Below are positions 1 to 7,651 of a stretch of 64,000 nt of DNA, one piece after another. This DNA is from an uncultured Chloroflexia bacterium (GTDB lineage: Bacteria; Chloroflexota; Limnocylindria; Limnocylindrales; CSP1-4), in assembly GCA_963828165.1 (NCBI GenBank), contig CAWHDR010000001.1:1248001-1312000 (forward strand), written 5' to 3'. The notes below the pieces were generated by a model, which was not told where the DNA came from, made no database searches, and was given only the letters and a program-made list of their open reading frames with translations. How positions within the stretch are numbered: position 1 is the stretch's first letter; every line of letters begins with the position of its first letter. The position numbers were made by a program, and so were the translations under genes.

Positions 1-1
1 C

Positions 2-1399
2 GCCGTCGGACCGATCGTCGCCGCTCGTGATCGGGCGCAGGACCTGCTGGGTCGCTACGCGCCGCTCATCGCGAGCTACGCGGAGATCGATGACGTCCTA
101 CCGAGGATCCTGGGCTGGGAGGGTCGGCGACGGTACCTCGTCCTCGCCCAGAACCCCGCCGAGCTGCGCCCATCCGGGGGCTACATCGGCACCTACGGCA
201 TCATCGAGTTCGAGGCCGGGAGGCTCGTGAGCCACGAGTTCCACGACACGGAGCAGCTCGACAGCCAATCCGGTCTCGCATACGTCGAACCGCCGGAGCC
301 GCTGCGCAACCATCTGCTCGGCGACCGACCCTGGCGGCTCTCCGACGTCAACTGGGATCCGGACTTCCCCACCACCGCTCGCCACGCCATCGACCTGTAT
401 CGTCTGGAATCGGGCGGCGATGAGGTCGATGGGGTCATCGCCCTGACGACCTATGCGCTCGATGAGCTCATGACGGTCCTTGGTCCGATCGAGGTGCCCG
501 ATTTCAATGTGACGGTCGCCCCCGGCGAGACCACGCTCACGGCATTCGCCCAGACCCGACCCACGGACCAGCCCGGCGTGGACCGGAAGGCGTTTCTCCA
601 GAGCTTCGCGTCCGAGCTGCTCGACCGTCTCCTGTCGCTGCCGGTGGGGCAGCTGCCCGACCTGCTGCCCGCGTTCCAGACGATCGCCGCGGAGCGACGC
701 GCCAGCGCGTGGCTCGTGGACCCCGCCGCGCAGGCCTTCATCGAAGGGGGCGGCCTGGATGGCGGCGTCCGCACCGTGGACGGGGACTTCCTGTACATCG
801 TCGATGCGAACGTCGGGCCGGTCTCGAAGCTGAATCTCGTGACCGAACGGCGGTCGGAGCTGGAGGTGCGACTCGACGAGTTCGGCAACGCCCACCACGC
901 GCTGACCGTGACGTGGCTGAACCGGATCGGCGAGCCCGGCCTGCTCCGGGACATGCTCCTCGCGTACCAGCGGCGAGAGACCATGGGGTCGTATATCCGG
1001 GTCCTCGCGCCGGAGCTCAGTCGCCTCGAGTCGGTCGAAGGCGAGTCCGATCGGTCTCGATCACGCGGCGCGGACAGCGTCGGCGTCGAGGGCGGGCGCG
1101 CCGTCTTTGGCGCGTATCACATCGTCCCACCGGGCACCGCCACCATGCGCATGACGTGGGTGGCTCCCTACGTCGTCGACGCCCCCGACGCCGCGGAACA
1201 TCGGCGGTACCGGCTTACCCTGCAGAAGCAACCGGGGACCGTGGCCGACGACATCGCGATCCGGATCGTCGCGCCCGACGGCTTCACGATCCTCTCCGCG
1301 GTGGATGGCATGACGGTCTCGCCGACCGGGGATGTCGCGGAGATCTCGACCGACATGAGAACGGACCTTGAGGTCTGGGTGGAGCTCGGCCCGGCTTGA
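2..1399 (+). CDS. DUF4012 domain-containing protein (5' truncated by window edge)
   Basis: The frame of ORF 227..1399 is open back to base 2. It reads ...GRRRYLVLAQNPAELRPSGGYIG (DUF4012-type motif), then DVNWDPDFP, DGVIAL and C-terminal YRLTLQKQPG. Confidence 0.8.
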   Translation, partial: AVGPIVAARDRAQDLLGRYAPLIASYAEIDDVLPRILGWEGRRRYLVLAQNPAELRPSGGYIGTYGIIEFEAGRLVSHEFHDTEQLDSQSGLAYVEPPEPLRNHLLGDRPWRLSDVNWDPDFPTTARHAIDLYRLESGGDEVDGVIALTTYALDELMTVLGPIEVPDFNVTVAPGETTLTAFAQTRPTDQPGVDRKAFLQSFASELLDRLLSLPVGQLPDLLPAFQTIAAERRASAWLVDPAAQAFIEGGGLDGGVRTVDGDFLYIVDANVGPVSKLNLVTERRSELEVRLDEFGNAHHALTVTWLNRIGEPGLLRDMLLAYQRRETMGSYIRVLAPELSRLESVEGESDRSRSRGADSVGVEGGRAVFGAYHIVPPGTATMRMTWVAPYVVDAPDAAEHRRYRLTLQKQPGTVADDIAIRIVAPDGFTILSAVDGMTVSPTGDVAEISTDMRTDLEVWVELGPA

Positions 1400-1745
1400 A
1401 GGCGTGCGCTCAGGCCCGTCGGGCTGGGCTGCGGACAACCAGCCCACTGAAGGGTCCCATCGCGAACGTAAAGACCCAGGAACCCCGCCGAGGCCGCCGC
1501 CCGGCCCGGCTGAGCCTGATCCATGCGCGGCGATCGCGCAGGGCGACGGGGTCGAGCGGGCACGTGACCTCAGGGTGTGGGTGTCTCACGAGTGTGGGGT
1601 GGTGCGTGCCGTCCACGCCTGGCTGATGGTCCGGCGCCTGCGCTTGGATGGCGGGCGCGCGATCCACGTCCCGGCGACCGTGTCCGCTACCAAGCGGTGT
1701 GGTAGATCGTCCGGTCTTGCCACCGCCCGAGGACTCTGCCCAGTC

Positions 1746-2492
1746 TCACAGCCGGGATTTCAGCACGGCGACCTCGGGCATCTCCTCGAGCGGACCGAAG
1801 CCATGCTCGACCAGCCAGCGGACGTTGAGCAGGCATCGCAATGACCACCATGCGCGGATCACGTCAAGGTCCACGTCGGTGCCGTAGCCGGCGACGACGT
1901 CGGGGAGGTTCTCCTCGTGTGCGAGCGTGAGGGTGGCGAGGTCGAACAGCGGGTCGCCCTGGCACGCCTCGGACCAGTCGATGACGCCGGTGACCTCGTC
2001 ACCGTCGACGAAGACGTGGGTGATCTGCAGGTCGCCGTGGGTGAAGACGGGTGTCCACGGCCGGAGCGCAACTTCGGCGATCCGGCGGTTGCGCGTGACC
2101 ACGTCCGCCGGAAGGACGTCATTGGCGATGAGCCACTCGCACTCGCTATCAAGTTGCGATGCGAACTCGTCGAGGCTCGGACCGGGCCAGGGTGGCAGCG
2201 GCGCTTCGTGCAGCAGCCGTGCGGCCGCACCCGCCGCGGCCCACGCCGCCGGCGACGCGATGGACGGCTCCTGGAGGCGGCCGAGCGCCGTTCCCGGAAG
2301 GGCCGCGAGGGCGAGCACGGGCGGCTTTCGCCACAGGATCTCGGGTGTCGGGATCGGCGCCATCGCCATCGCCTCGACCTCGACGTCGGTGCGCGTCTGA
2401 TCGGCATCGATCTTGAGGAACAGGTCGCCGACCCGCAGCGTCGCGCGCTCGCGATGGGCGACGACGACCTCGACCTCCTCCACGTCGGCCAT
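1746..2492 (-). CDS. Aminoglycoside phosphotransferase (APH/choline kinase) family protein
   Basis: Contains LFLK, the HGDLQITHV catalytic loop, GVIDWSEA and GDPLFDLA. ATG at 2492 chosen as start. Confidence 0.85.
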   Translation of the reverse strand: MADVEEVEVVVAHRERATLRVGDLFLKIDADQTRTDVEVEAMAMAPIPTPEILWRKPPVLALAALPGTALGRLQEPSIASPAAWAAAGAAARLLHEAPLPPWPGPSLDEFASQLDSECEWLIANDVLPADVVTRNRRIAEVALRPWTPVFTHGDLQITHVFVDGDEVTGVIDWSEACQGDPLFDLATLTLAHEENLPDVVAGYGTDVDLDVIRAWWSLRCLLNVRWLVEHGFGPLEEMPEVAVLKSRL

Positions 2493-2557
2493 TATCGCGG
2501 GGAGGACCACCGACGTTACCCTGGTCGAGGCGCTGCTTCGCGGGGCGAAGGAGGATG

Positions 2558-2933
2558 TGGTGGAGATGGGGGAGAGTCGAACTCCCCGTCCAGAACCCTT
2601 CGCCGGAGACCACTACGAGCGTGTCCGATGATTTGTCGTCAACCGCCCGAACGGGCATCGGCACCCTGCCGGACGGTCCAGTCACGTGCCCCTAGATCGG
2701 GCTTGACTCCGGACTACGTGACACTTGTCCGGATCGCAGCTCCGCTGCATGACGCTTCCACTACCCGCGAAGCGGAGGTAGCTTCCACGCTCACCTTACT
2801 GCCTAAGCAGCGAGGGCGAGAGTCGACTGGCGGTTGCCAGGTACTTCGTTTTGCTGCCTGATTAACGAGGCCTGAGCAGCATCCTCGGCTCGCGCTCTCC
2901 GGTAACTGGGCCCTGTCGAAACCACGCATCCCC
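2558..2933 (-). ncRNA. ssrA: tmRNA
   Basis: 5' GGGGAUGCGUGGUUUCGAC and 3' GGGGAGUUCGACUCUCCCCCAUCUCCACCA form a tRNA-Ala-like acceptor stem with a G3-U pair and encoded CCA. Internal tag frame 2838..2803 reads GNRQSTLALAA*. Confidence 0.97.
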
Positions 2934-3022
2934 ACAGGACCGAACACCGGTTCGGTTTCGAATGGTACCACGAAGGCGCCGGCACCCCGGACGACCGAGC
3001 CATCCGCGACGAAGCCAATCGC

Positions 3023-3031
3023 TGCTATCGT
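3023..3031 (+). promoter_or_regulatory. Extended -10 promoter (TGc-TATCGT) upstream of the riboswitch
   Basis: TGnTAnnnT lies about 6 nt before the 5' end of the aptamer. Confidence 0.5.
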
Positions 3032-3035
3032 AGGC

Positions 3036-3143
3036 AGTGGCCGAACCTCCTCATCCGAGGACGGGGGACCCACACTTCGGGGCGAATCGCGCGACGCGAC
3101 GGCGGACCCACGCCGAGCCCGACAGCTCACCTCGCAGGCCAGC
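3036..3143 (+). promoter_or_regulatory. Cyclic di-AMP riboswitch (ydaO/yuaA class)
   Basis: Consensus blocks occur in order: GCCGAA-[CCUC..GAGG hairpin]-ACGGGGGACCCA...GGGGCGAAUC...[GGCG..CGCC]-GAGCCCGACAGCUCACCUCGCAGGC, closed by UGGCC/GGCCA. Recognised by eye, not scored with Infernal. Confidence 0.88.
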
Positions 3144-3161
3144 AGGGCTGCTTCGAGGTAC

Positions 3162-4412
3162 GTGGTGTTCCGGTCGCCGTCATTCAACCCGTCACCGAGC
3201 CGGCGTGCGCTCGGGCGCAATCTCGCGCTCGACCTCGTCGCGGCCACGGGCGTCGGCGTCTCGATGGCGCTCGTCACCGCCCTCTTGCCGACGATCGCGC
3301 GACGCGGTGGCCTCGAACCACTGGGCCTGTCCGCGCTGGCGGCGGCGCCGTTCGTCGCCAACCTCCTGAGCGCGTTCGCCGGACGGTTCGGGCCGCGCTC
3401 CTCGGCGCAGTTGGCGATGATCCGTGGTCTCGGCGCAGCCTCGCTCCTGCTGGTGTTCGTCGTGCCGGTCGCGCCCGTGATGATCGCCGTGGCGTTCGTC
3501 TTCTGGATGAGCCTCTCGTTCGGCGGGCCGTTCCACCTCCGCCTGTGGGGCGCCATGTACCCGGCTCGGCTGGTCGGGCGCGTGGTGGGCTTCATCGGGA
3601 TGGGCCGTGCCGCCGCCGGCGCGCTCGCCGCGTTCGGCGGAGGCGTCATCGCCGATCGGCTGGGTGGGCCGTCCGCCGTCGCGATCGCCGGAACCGTCGG
3701 GATCGCGTGTGCGCTCGCGTATGCGGGTCTGCGCGCGCGGTCCGCCGAGCGGCCGCCGTCGTATTCGGCCCGCGGATCCATTCGCGCGCTTCGTGAGCGA
3801 CCACTGCTCGGGAAGGTCGCGCTGGCCCAGGGCTTTTACGGCGGCGGCCTCATCGCGGCCGTGCCGCTGTACGCCCTCGTCCATGTCGACCGGCTCGACC
3901 TGCGGCTCTCCGACGTCGGCGTCATCGGGATCATGGCCGCCGTCGCGACCACGATCTCGTTCCCGATCTGGGGTGCGGTGGCGGACCGCCACGGCGGGCT
4001 CTGGGCGCTCCGCCTGGGCAGCAGTCTCGGAGTGATCGGACTCATCGGCTACGCCCTCGCTCCAGACGTCGCGATCCTGTGGGTCATGGCCGTCGGTTAC
4101 GGAGCGGCGAGTGCGGCGGTCGACGTCGGCATCGCCTCGATCGTCAGCGACCAGACGTCGCTGGCGTCGCGCGCCGCCGCGATGGCCGGCTGGAACGCGA
4201 TCACCGGAGCTCGCGGGATCGCGGCCGCGTTCCTCATGAGCGCCCTGCTGCAGCTCGGGGTGGTGGACGTGACATCCGGGCTGCTCCTGTGCGCGGTCGT
4301 GTCGGCGGTGGGCGTGGTGCTGTTCGCGCGCGTGAACGCCAAGGCGCCGGAGCCCGTGCCCGCGCCGGCACCCCGGTCCGTGCCCGCTGGGTCGACGGTG
4401 CCGACCGGCTGA
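3162..4412 (+). CDS. MFS transporter
   Basis: About 12 hydrophobic segments with MFS loop motifs GVIADRLG and WGAVADRHG. The start may be the GTG at 3165. Confidence 0.85.
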   Translation: MVFRSPSFNPSPSRRALGRNLALDLVAATGVGVSMALVTALLPTIARRGGLEPLGLSALAAAPFVANLLSAFAGRFGPRSSAQLAMIRGLGAASLLLVFVVPVAPVMIAVAFVFWMSLSFGGPFHLRLWGAMYPARLVGRVVGFIGMGRAAAGALAAFGGGVIADRLGGPSAVAIAGTVGIACALAYAGLRARSAERPPSYSARGSIRALRERPLLGKVALAQGFYGGGLIAAVPLYALVHVDRLDLRLSDVGVIGIMAAVATTISFPIWGAVADRHGGLWALRLGSSLGVIGLIGYALAPDVAILWVMAVGYGAASAAVDVGIASIVSDQTSLASRAAAMAGWNAITGARGIAAAFLMSALLQLGVVDVTSGLLLCAVVSAVGVVLFARVNAKAPEPVPAPAPRSVPAGSTVPTG

Positions 4413-4459
4413 TCCGGGTTCCGAGAGCCGGATCGTTCCAGCCTGCCAGGCCCGCCCGG

Positions 4460-4619
4460 ATTCATCGACAGTGAACGATTGCAGGGCGAGAAGCCTCGCG
4501 TGACGACTGGGTGACCGCTGGCGTCACGCTTGTTCACCAGTGCTGAACGTCCCGACGCGAGCATTCCCGATCTGGAGGTTCGCGAGGCTTGACCGTGTGA
4601 ACGTTCACTGTCCGTGAAT
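4460..4619. repeat. Long nested inverted-repeat element (MITE/REP-like)
   Basis: Terminal arms ATTCATCGACAGTGAACG (4460-4477) and CGTTCACTGTCCGTGAAT (4602-4619) are 16/18 complementary. Inner arms AAGCCTCGCG (4491-4500) and CGCGAGGCTT (4581-4590) are perfect. Confidence 0.7.
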
Positions 4620-4698
4620 GCGAAACCCGGCCGACGTTGCGTCTCGGGCTCAGGCAGCAGCCTCACCAGGCCCGTCGCCCCACCAGTACGATGCGGCC

Positions 4699-5268
4699 AT
4701 GCGATTGACGGCCTGGGAGGAGGAACGTCTCCTCATCTTCACAGCGGCCGAGCTGGCGCGGCGGCATCGCGATCGCGGTCTGCTCCTGAACGCCCCGGAG
4801 GTCGTCGCGATCATCTGCGATGCCATGCTGGAGACCGCCCGGGCCGGCGCGACGTACGAGGAGGTGGAGGCCGCGGGCCGCGATGCGGTCACCGCTGAAC
4901 AGGCACTCCCCGGGGTACCCGCCCTGGTCGACGAGGTCCGGCTCGAGGTCCTGCTCGACGACGGCGTCCGCCTGGTCGTCCTCATCGAGCCGCTCGGTTC
5001 GTCCGGGGACGCTGCCCCCGGGGCGATCCGGGGAGCTCCCGTACGCGACGGTGACGACGTCGGTCGTGACCGCATCCGGTTGGAGGTCCGAAACGCGTCG
5101 ACCCGCGTCGTCCGGGTGTCAAGCCACTATCCGTTCGAGCGGGTCAACCAACGGCTCGAGTTCGATCGGCGCGGTGCGGCCGGCTTCCGGCTCGACCTCC
5201 CGGCGGGCTCGACGGAGCGCTGGGAGCCCGGCGAGACGCGGACCGTGGACCTGGTGCGGCCGGGGTGA
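4699..5268 (+). CDS. Urease-like fused gamma/beta subunit
   Basis: MRLTAWEEERLLIFTAAELARR..RGLLLNAPE (gamma) is followed by VRNASTRVVRVSSHYPFERVN..L.FDR..AAGFRLDLPAGSTERWEPG (beta). ATG 4699 lies 6 nt after TACGAT. Confidence 0.9.
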   Translation: MRLTAWEEERLLIFTAAELARRHRDRGLLLNAPEVVAIICDAMLETARAGATYEEVEAAGRDAVTAEQALPGVPALVDEVRLEVLLDDGVRLVVLIEPLGSSGDAAPGAIRGAPVRDGDDVGRDRIRLEVRNASTRVVRVSSHYPFERVNQRLEFDRRGAAGFRLDLPAGSTERWEPGETRTVDLVRPG

Positions 5269-6929
5269 AGCGCCTCTCCCCCGCCGAGCGACTCGCCCGC
5301 TATGGTCCCACGAGGGGCGATCGCGTCCGCCTCGGTGACACCGACCTGTGGGTCCGCGTCGAGGACGACCGCCAGGCTCCGGGCGATGAGCCCATCTGGG
5401 GCTACGCCAAGACGCTTCGACCTCGATCCCTGCAGGGTCGCTCGAGCGAATTGGAGCTGGACGTCGTCATCGCCGGCGCGCTCGTGCTCGACCCGGTCAT
5501 CGGTGCCGTCAAGGCCGACATCGGGATCAAGGACGGGCGCATCGTCGGCGTCGGGCGAGCCGGGAACGAGGGGATGAGTCCCGGGATCGAGCTGCGCGTC
5601 GGCCCGCACACCCAGCCGATCATGGGCTACGGCCTGATCGCGACACCAGGTGCCATCGACAGCCATGTCCATCTGATCTCGCCGGAGCTGCTGCCCGCGG
5701 CGCTGTCCGGCGGCGTCACGACGCTGATCACCGCCGGATTCGAGGAGCCGCCGTGGGCCATGGCACGCACGCTCGCGGCCATCGCCGACTGGCCGCTCAA
5801 CGTTGGGCTGCAAGCGTGCGCGCGGGCGGAGCAGGACGCCTCGCTCGACGCGCTCCTGGAAGCCGGCGCGTGCGGATTTAAGATCCACGAGGACTACGGC
5901 GCCCATCCGGAGCTCATCGATCACACCCTCCGCTACGCGGACGGGCACGACGTGAGCGTCTCGCTTCACACGGACGGACTGCACGAGAGCGCCGAGCTCG
6001 AGGACACGGTCGCGGCGATCGCGGGCCGGACCGTCCACGCCTATCACGTGGAGGGCAGCGGCGGCGGTCACGTGCCCGACGTCATCGGTCTCGTCCGCGA
6101 GCCGAACGTGATCTGCTCCTCCACGACCCCCACCGTGCCGTGGGGCGTCAGCGCCGCCGCCGAGCAGCTCCCGATGATCGTCCTCAACCACGGGGCGTCG
6201 TTCGCGGTCGCCGAAGACGTCGACCTCGTCCGCGAGCGCGTGCACCCGGCCACGATGGCCGCAGAGGGGCCGTTGCACGAACTGGGCGCGATCGGGATCG
6301 TGAATTCGGACTCGCAGGGCATGGGCCGGATGATGGAAACCGTCCGCCGGACGTTCCAGCTCGCCCACGTGATGGCGTCGTGGTCCGGGACGGCGCCGGC
6401 CGCCGATCCGTACGACGCGAACGAACGCGTGCTGCGCTACCTCGCGAAGGTCACCATCGAGCCGGCGATCACGCACGGCATCGCCGGGCATGTTGGCTCG
6501 CTCCGGCCGGGCCGCCTGGCCGACATCGTCCTGTGGCAGCCGGCCTACTTCGGCGTGAAGCCGGCGGTCGTGCTGAAAGCAGGCATCGCCGCCTGGGGAC
6601 CGCTCGGCGAGGGCAACGCCACGGTCGAGGGCGCGGAACCCACCCGCTATCGGCCCGACTGGGGCGGGCTCGGCCGGTCGGCGGCGTCGCTGTCGACGAC
6701 GTTCGTGTCGTCCCGGGCGGTGGGATCGCCGGATCTGCGGCGCCATGGTCGAACGCTGATCGCGGTCAAGGGGACACGCGGCCTGACGCGCGAGTCACTG
6801 GTCAGGAACCGGGCGGTCGCCGCCATCGACGTCGATGTCCGCGACGGGACGGTGACCCTGGACGGACGGCCGCTTGCCGTCGATCCGGTCCGCGAGGTGC
6901 CGCTGAGTCGTCGCTACCTGCTGAGGTAG
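5265..6929 (+). CDS. Urease alpha-subunit-like amidohydrolase (divergent)
   Basis: RYGPTRGDRVRLGDTDL N-terminus. Metal-ligand motifs DSHVH, GFKIHEDYG, LHTDGLHES, YHVEGSGGGH and SDSQGMGR. C-terminal LSRRYLL. GTGA overlap with the upstream gene. Confidence 0.92.
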   Translation: MKRLSPAERLARYGPTRGDRVRLGDTDLWVRVEDDRQAPGDEPIWGYAKTLRPRSLQGRSSELELDVVIAGALVLDPVIGAVKADIGIKDGRIVGVGRAGNEGMSPGIELRVGPHTQPIMGYGLIATPGAIDSHVHLISPELLPAALSGGVTTLITAGFEEPPWAMARTLAAIADWPLNVGLQACARAEQDASLDALLEAGACGFKIHEDYGAHPELIDHTLRYADGHDVSVSLHTDGLHESAELEDTVAAIAGRTVHAYHVEGSGGGHVPDVIGLVREPNVICSSTTPTVPWGVSAAAEQLPMIVLNHGASFAVAEDVDLVRERVHPATMAAEGPLHELGAIGIVNSDSQGMGRMMETVRRTFQLAHVMASWSGTAPAADPYDANERVLRYLAKVTIEPAITHGIAGHVGSLRPGRLADIVLWQPAYFGVKPAVVLKAGIAAWGPLGEGNATVEGAEPTRYRPDWGGLGRSAASLSTTFVSSRAVGSPDLRRHGRTLIAVKGTRGLTRESLVRNRAVAAIDVDVRDGTVTLDGRPLAVDPVREVPLSRRYLLR

Positions 6930-6943
6930 GGCTTGGGGAGCGG

Positions 6944-7408
6944 CTAACGCCCGCGCTGGATGTCCGCGAGCTGGCGGGCGATGTCCCGCTTCGAGTCACG
7001 GTCCGCGATATCGCGTCGCTTGTCGTGGAGCTGCTTGCCGCGGGCGAGCCCAAGCTCGATCTTGGCCTTACCGCGGGTGATGTACAGGCGCAGCGGCACG
7101 ATCGTCTGACCCTTGGCCTTCGCCCGTCCCAGCAGCTCGTCGATCTGCTTTCGGTGGAGCAGCAGCTTGCGGGTTCGCTTGGGGTCGTGGTTGTACCGAT
7201 TGCCCTGCTCGAACGGCGCGATGTCCGCGCCGATGAGCCACGCCTCTCCCCGCTCGATGCGAGCGTAGGCGTTGGCGATGTTGGCCTTGCCGGCCCGGAT
7301 CGACTTGATCTCCGTGCCGGTCAGCACGAGACCGGCCTCGAATGTGTCGTCGATCGTGAATTCGTGGCGGGCTTTTCGGTTGAGAGCGACGGTCGAATCG
7401 TCGCGCAT
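6944..7408 (-). CDS. smpB: SsrA-binding protein SmpB
   Basis: NRKARHEF, EAGLVLTGTEIKSIR, RKLLLH and GKQLHDKR motifs; AGGAG SD. Confidence 0.98.
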   Translation of the reverse strand: MRDDSTVALNRKARHEFTIDDTFEAGLVLTGTEIKSIRAGKANIANAYARIERGEAWLIGADIAPFEQGNRYNHDPKRTRKLLLHRKQIDELLGRAKAKGQTIVPLRLYITRGKAKIELGLARGKQLHDKRRDIADRDSKRDIARQLADIQRGR

Positions 7409-7456
7409 GGATGGCTCCTGTCGGACGTGGCTGGAAGGATAGGTGCCGAAGGCGCA

Positions 7457-7487
7457 CGAACGCCGGTCCTATTCGGACCGGCGTTCG
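7457..7487 (-). terminator. 13-bp perfect hairpin, probable terminator of the small unit upstream of smpB
   Basis: CGAACGCCGGTCC-5 nt-GGACCGGCGTTCG; the U-tract is weak. Confidence 0.65.
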
Positions 7488-7516
7488 AGTTGCTTACCCA
7501 CCCACAGGGTGTCCGA

Positions 7517-7567
7517 CTAGACGGCCATCTCCTGCGAGGTGGTGCAGCTACGCGTACTGTCGATCAC
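7517..7567 (-). CDS. Putative 16-aa small ORF (MIDSTRSCTTSQEMAV)
   Basis: GTG is preceded by GAAAGGAGGTGAT and has its own promoter and a downstream hairpin. Too short for the ORF track. Confidence 0.55.
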   Translation of the reverse strand: MIDSTRSCTTSQEMAV

Positions 7568-7595
7568 TGCACATCACCTCCTTTCGTTCTCAAGA

Positions 7596-7624
7596 ACCGT
7601 ACCTGAACGCCGTAGCGAGCGCAA
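7596..7624 (-). promoter_or_regulatory. Sigma70-type promoter TTGCGC-N17-TACGGT
   Basis: Exact 17-nt spacer, about 10 nt upstream of the strong SD. Confidence 0.55.
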
Positions 7625-7651
7625 GCGTGGGAAGACCGCCGTTTCGAGTGC

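Noticed and set aside
1410-1667. 85-aa minus-strand ORF between DUF4012 and the phosphotransferase
   Set aside because: No recognisable motif, SD or clear promoter. It may be real but cannot be supported from sequence alone.
2985-3016. Two ACGA motifs resembling a guanidine-II (mini-ykkC) riboswitch
   Set aside because: Only the first has a 3-bp stem, the second does not pair, and both lie upstream of the likely promoter.
2803-3018. 71-aa ORF ending LALAA
   Set aside because: It is the tmRNA tag frame extended upstream, not a protein gene.
4411-4435. GGGTTCCG resembling the guanidine-I riboswitch core upstream of the urease-like genes
   Set aside because: The other consensus blocks are missing; it is part of a simple hairpin after the MFS stop.
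7573-7585. ATCACCTCCTTTC as a 16S rRNA gene fragment
   Set aside because: No flanking rRNA sequence; better explained as an extended SD on the minus strand.
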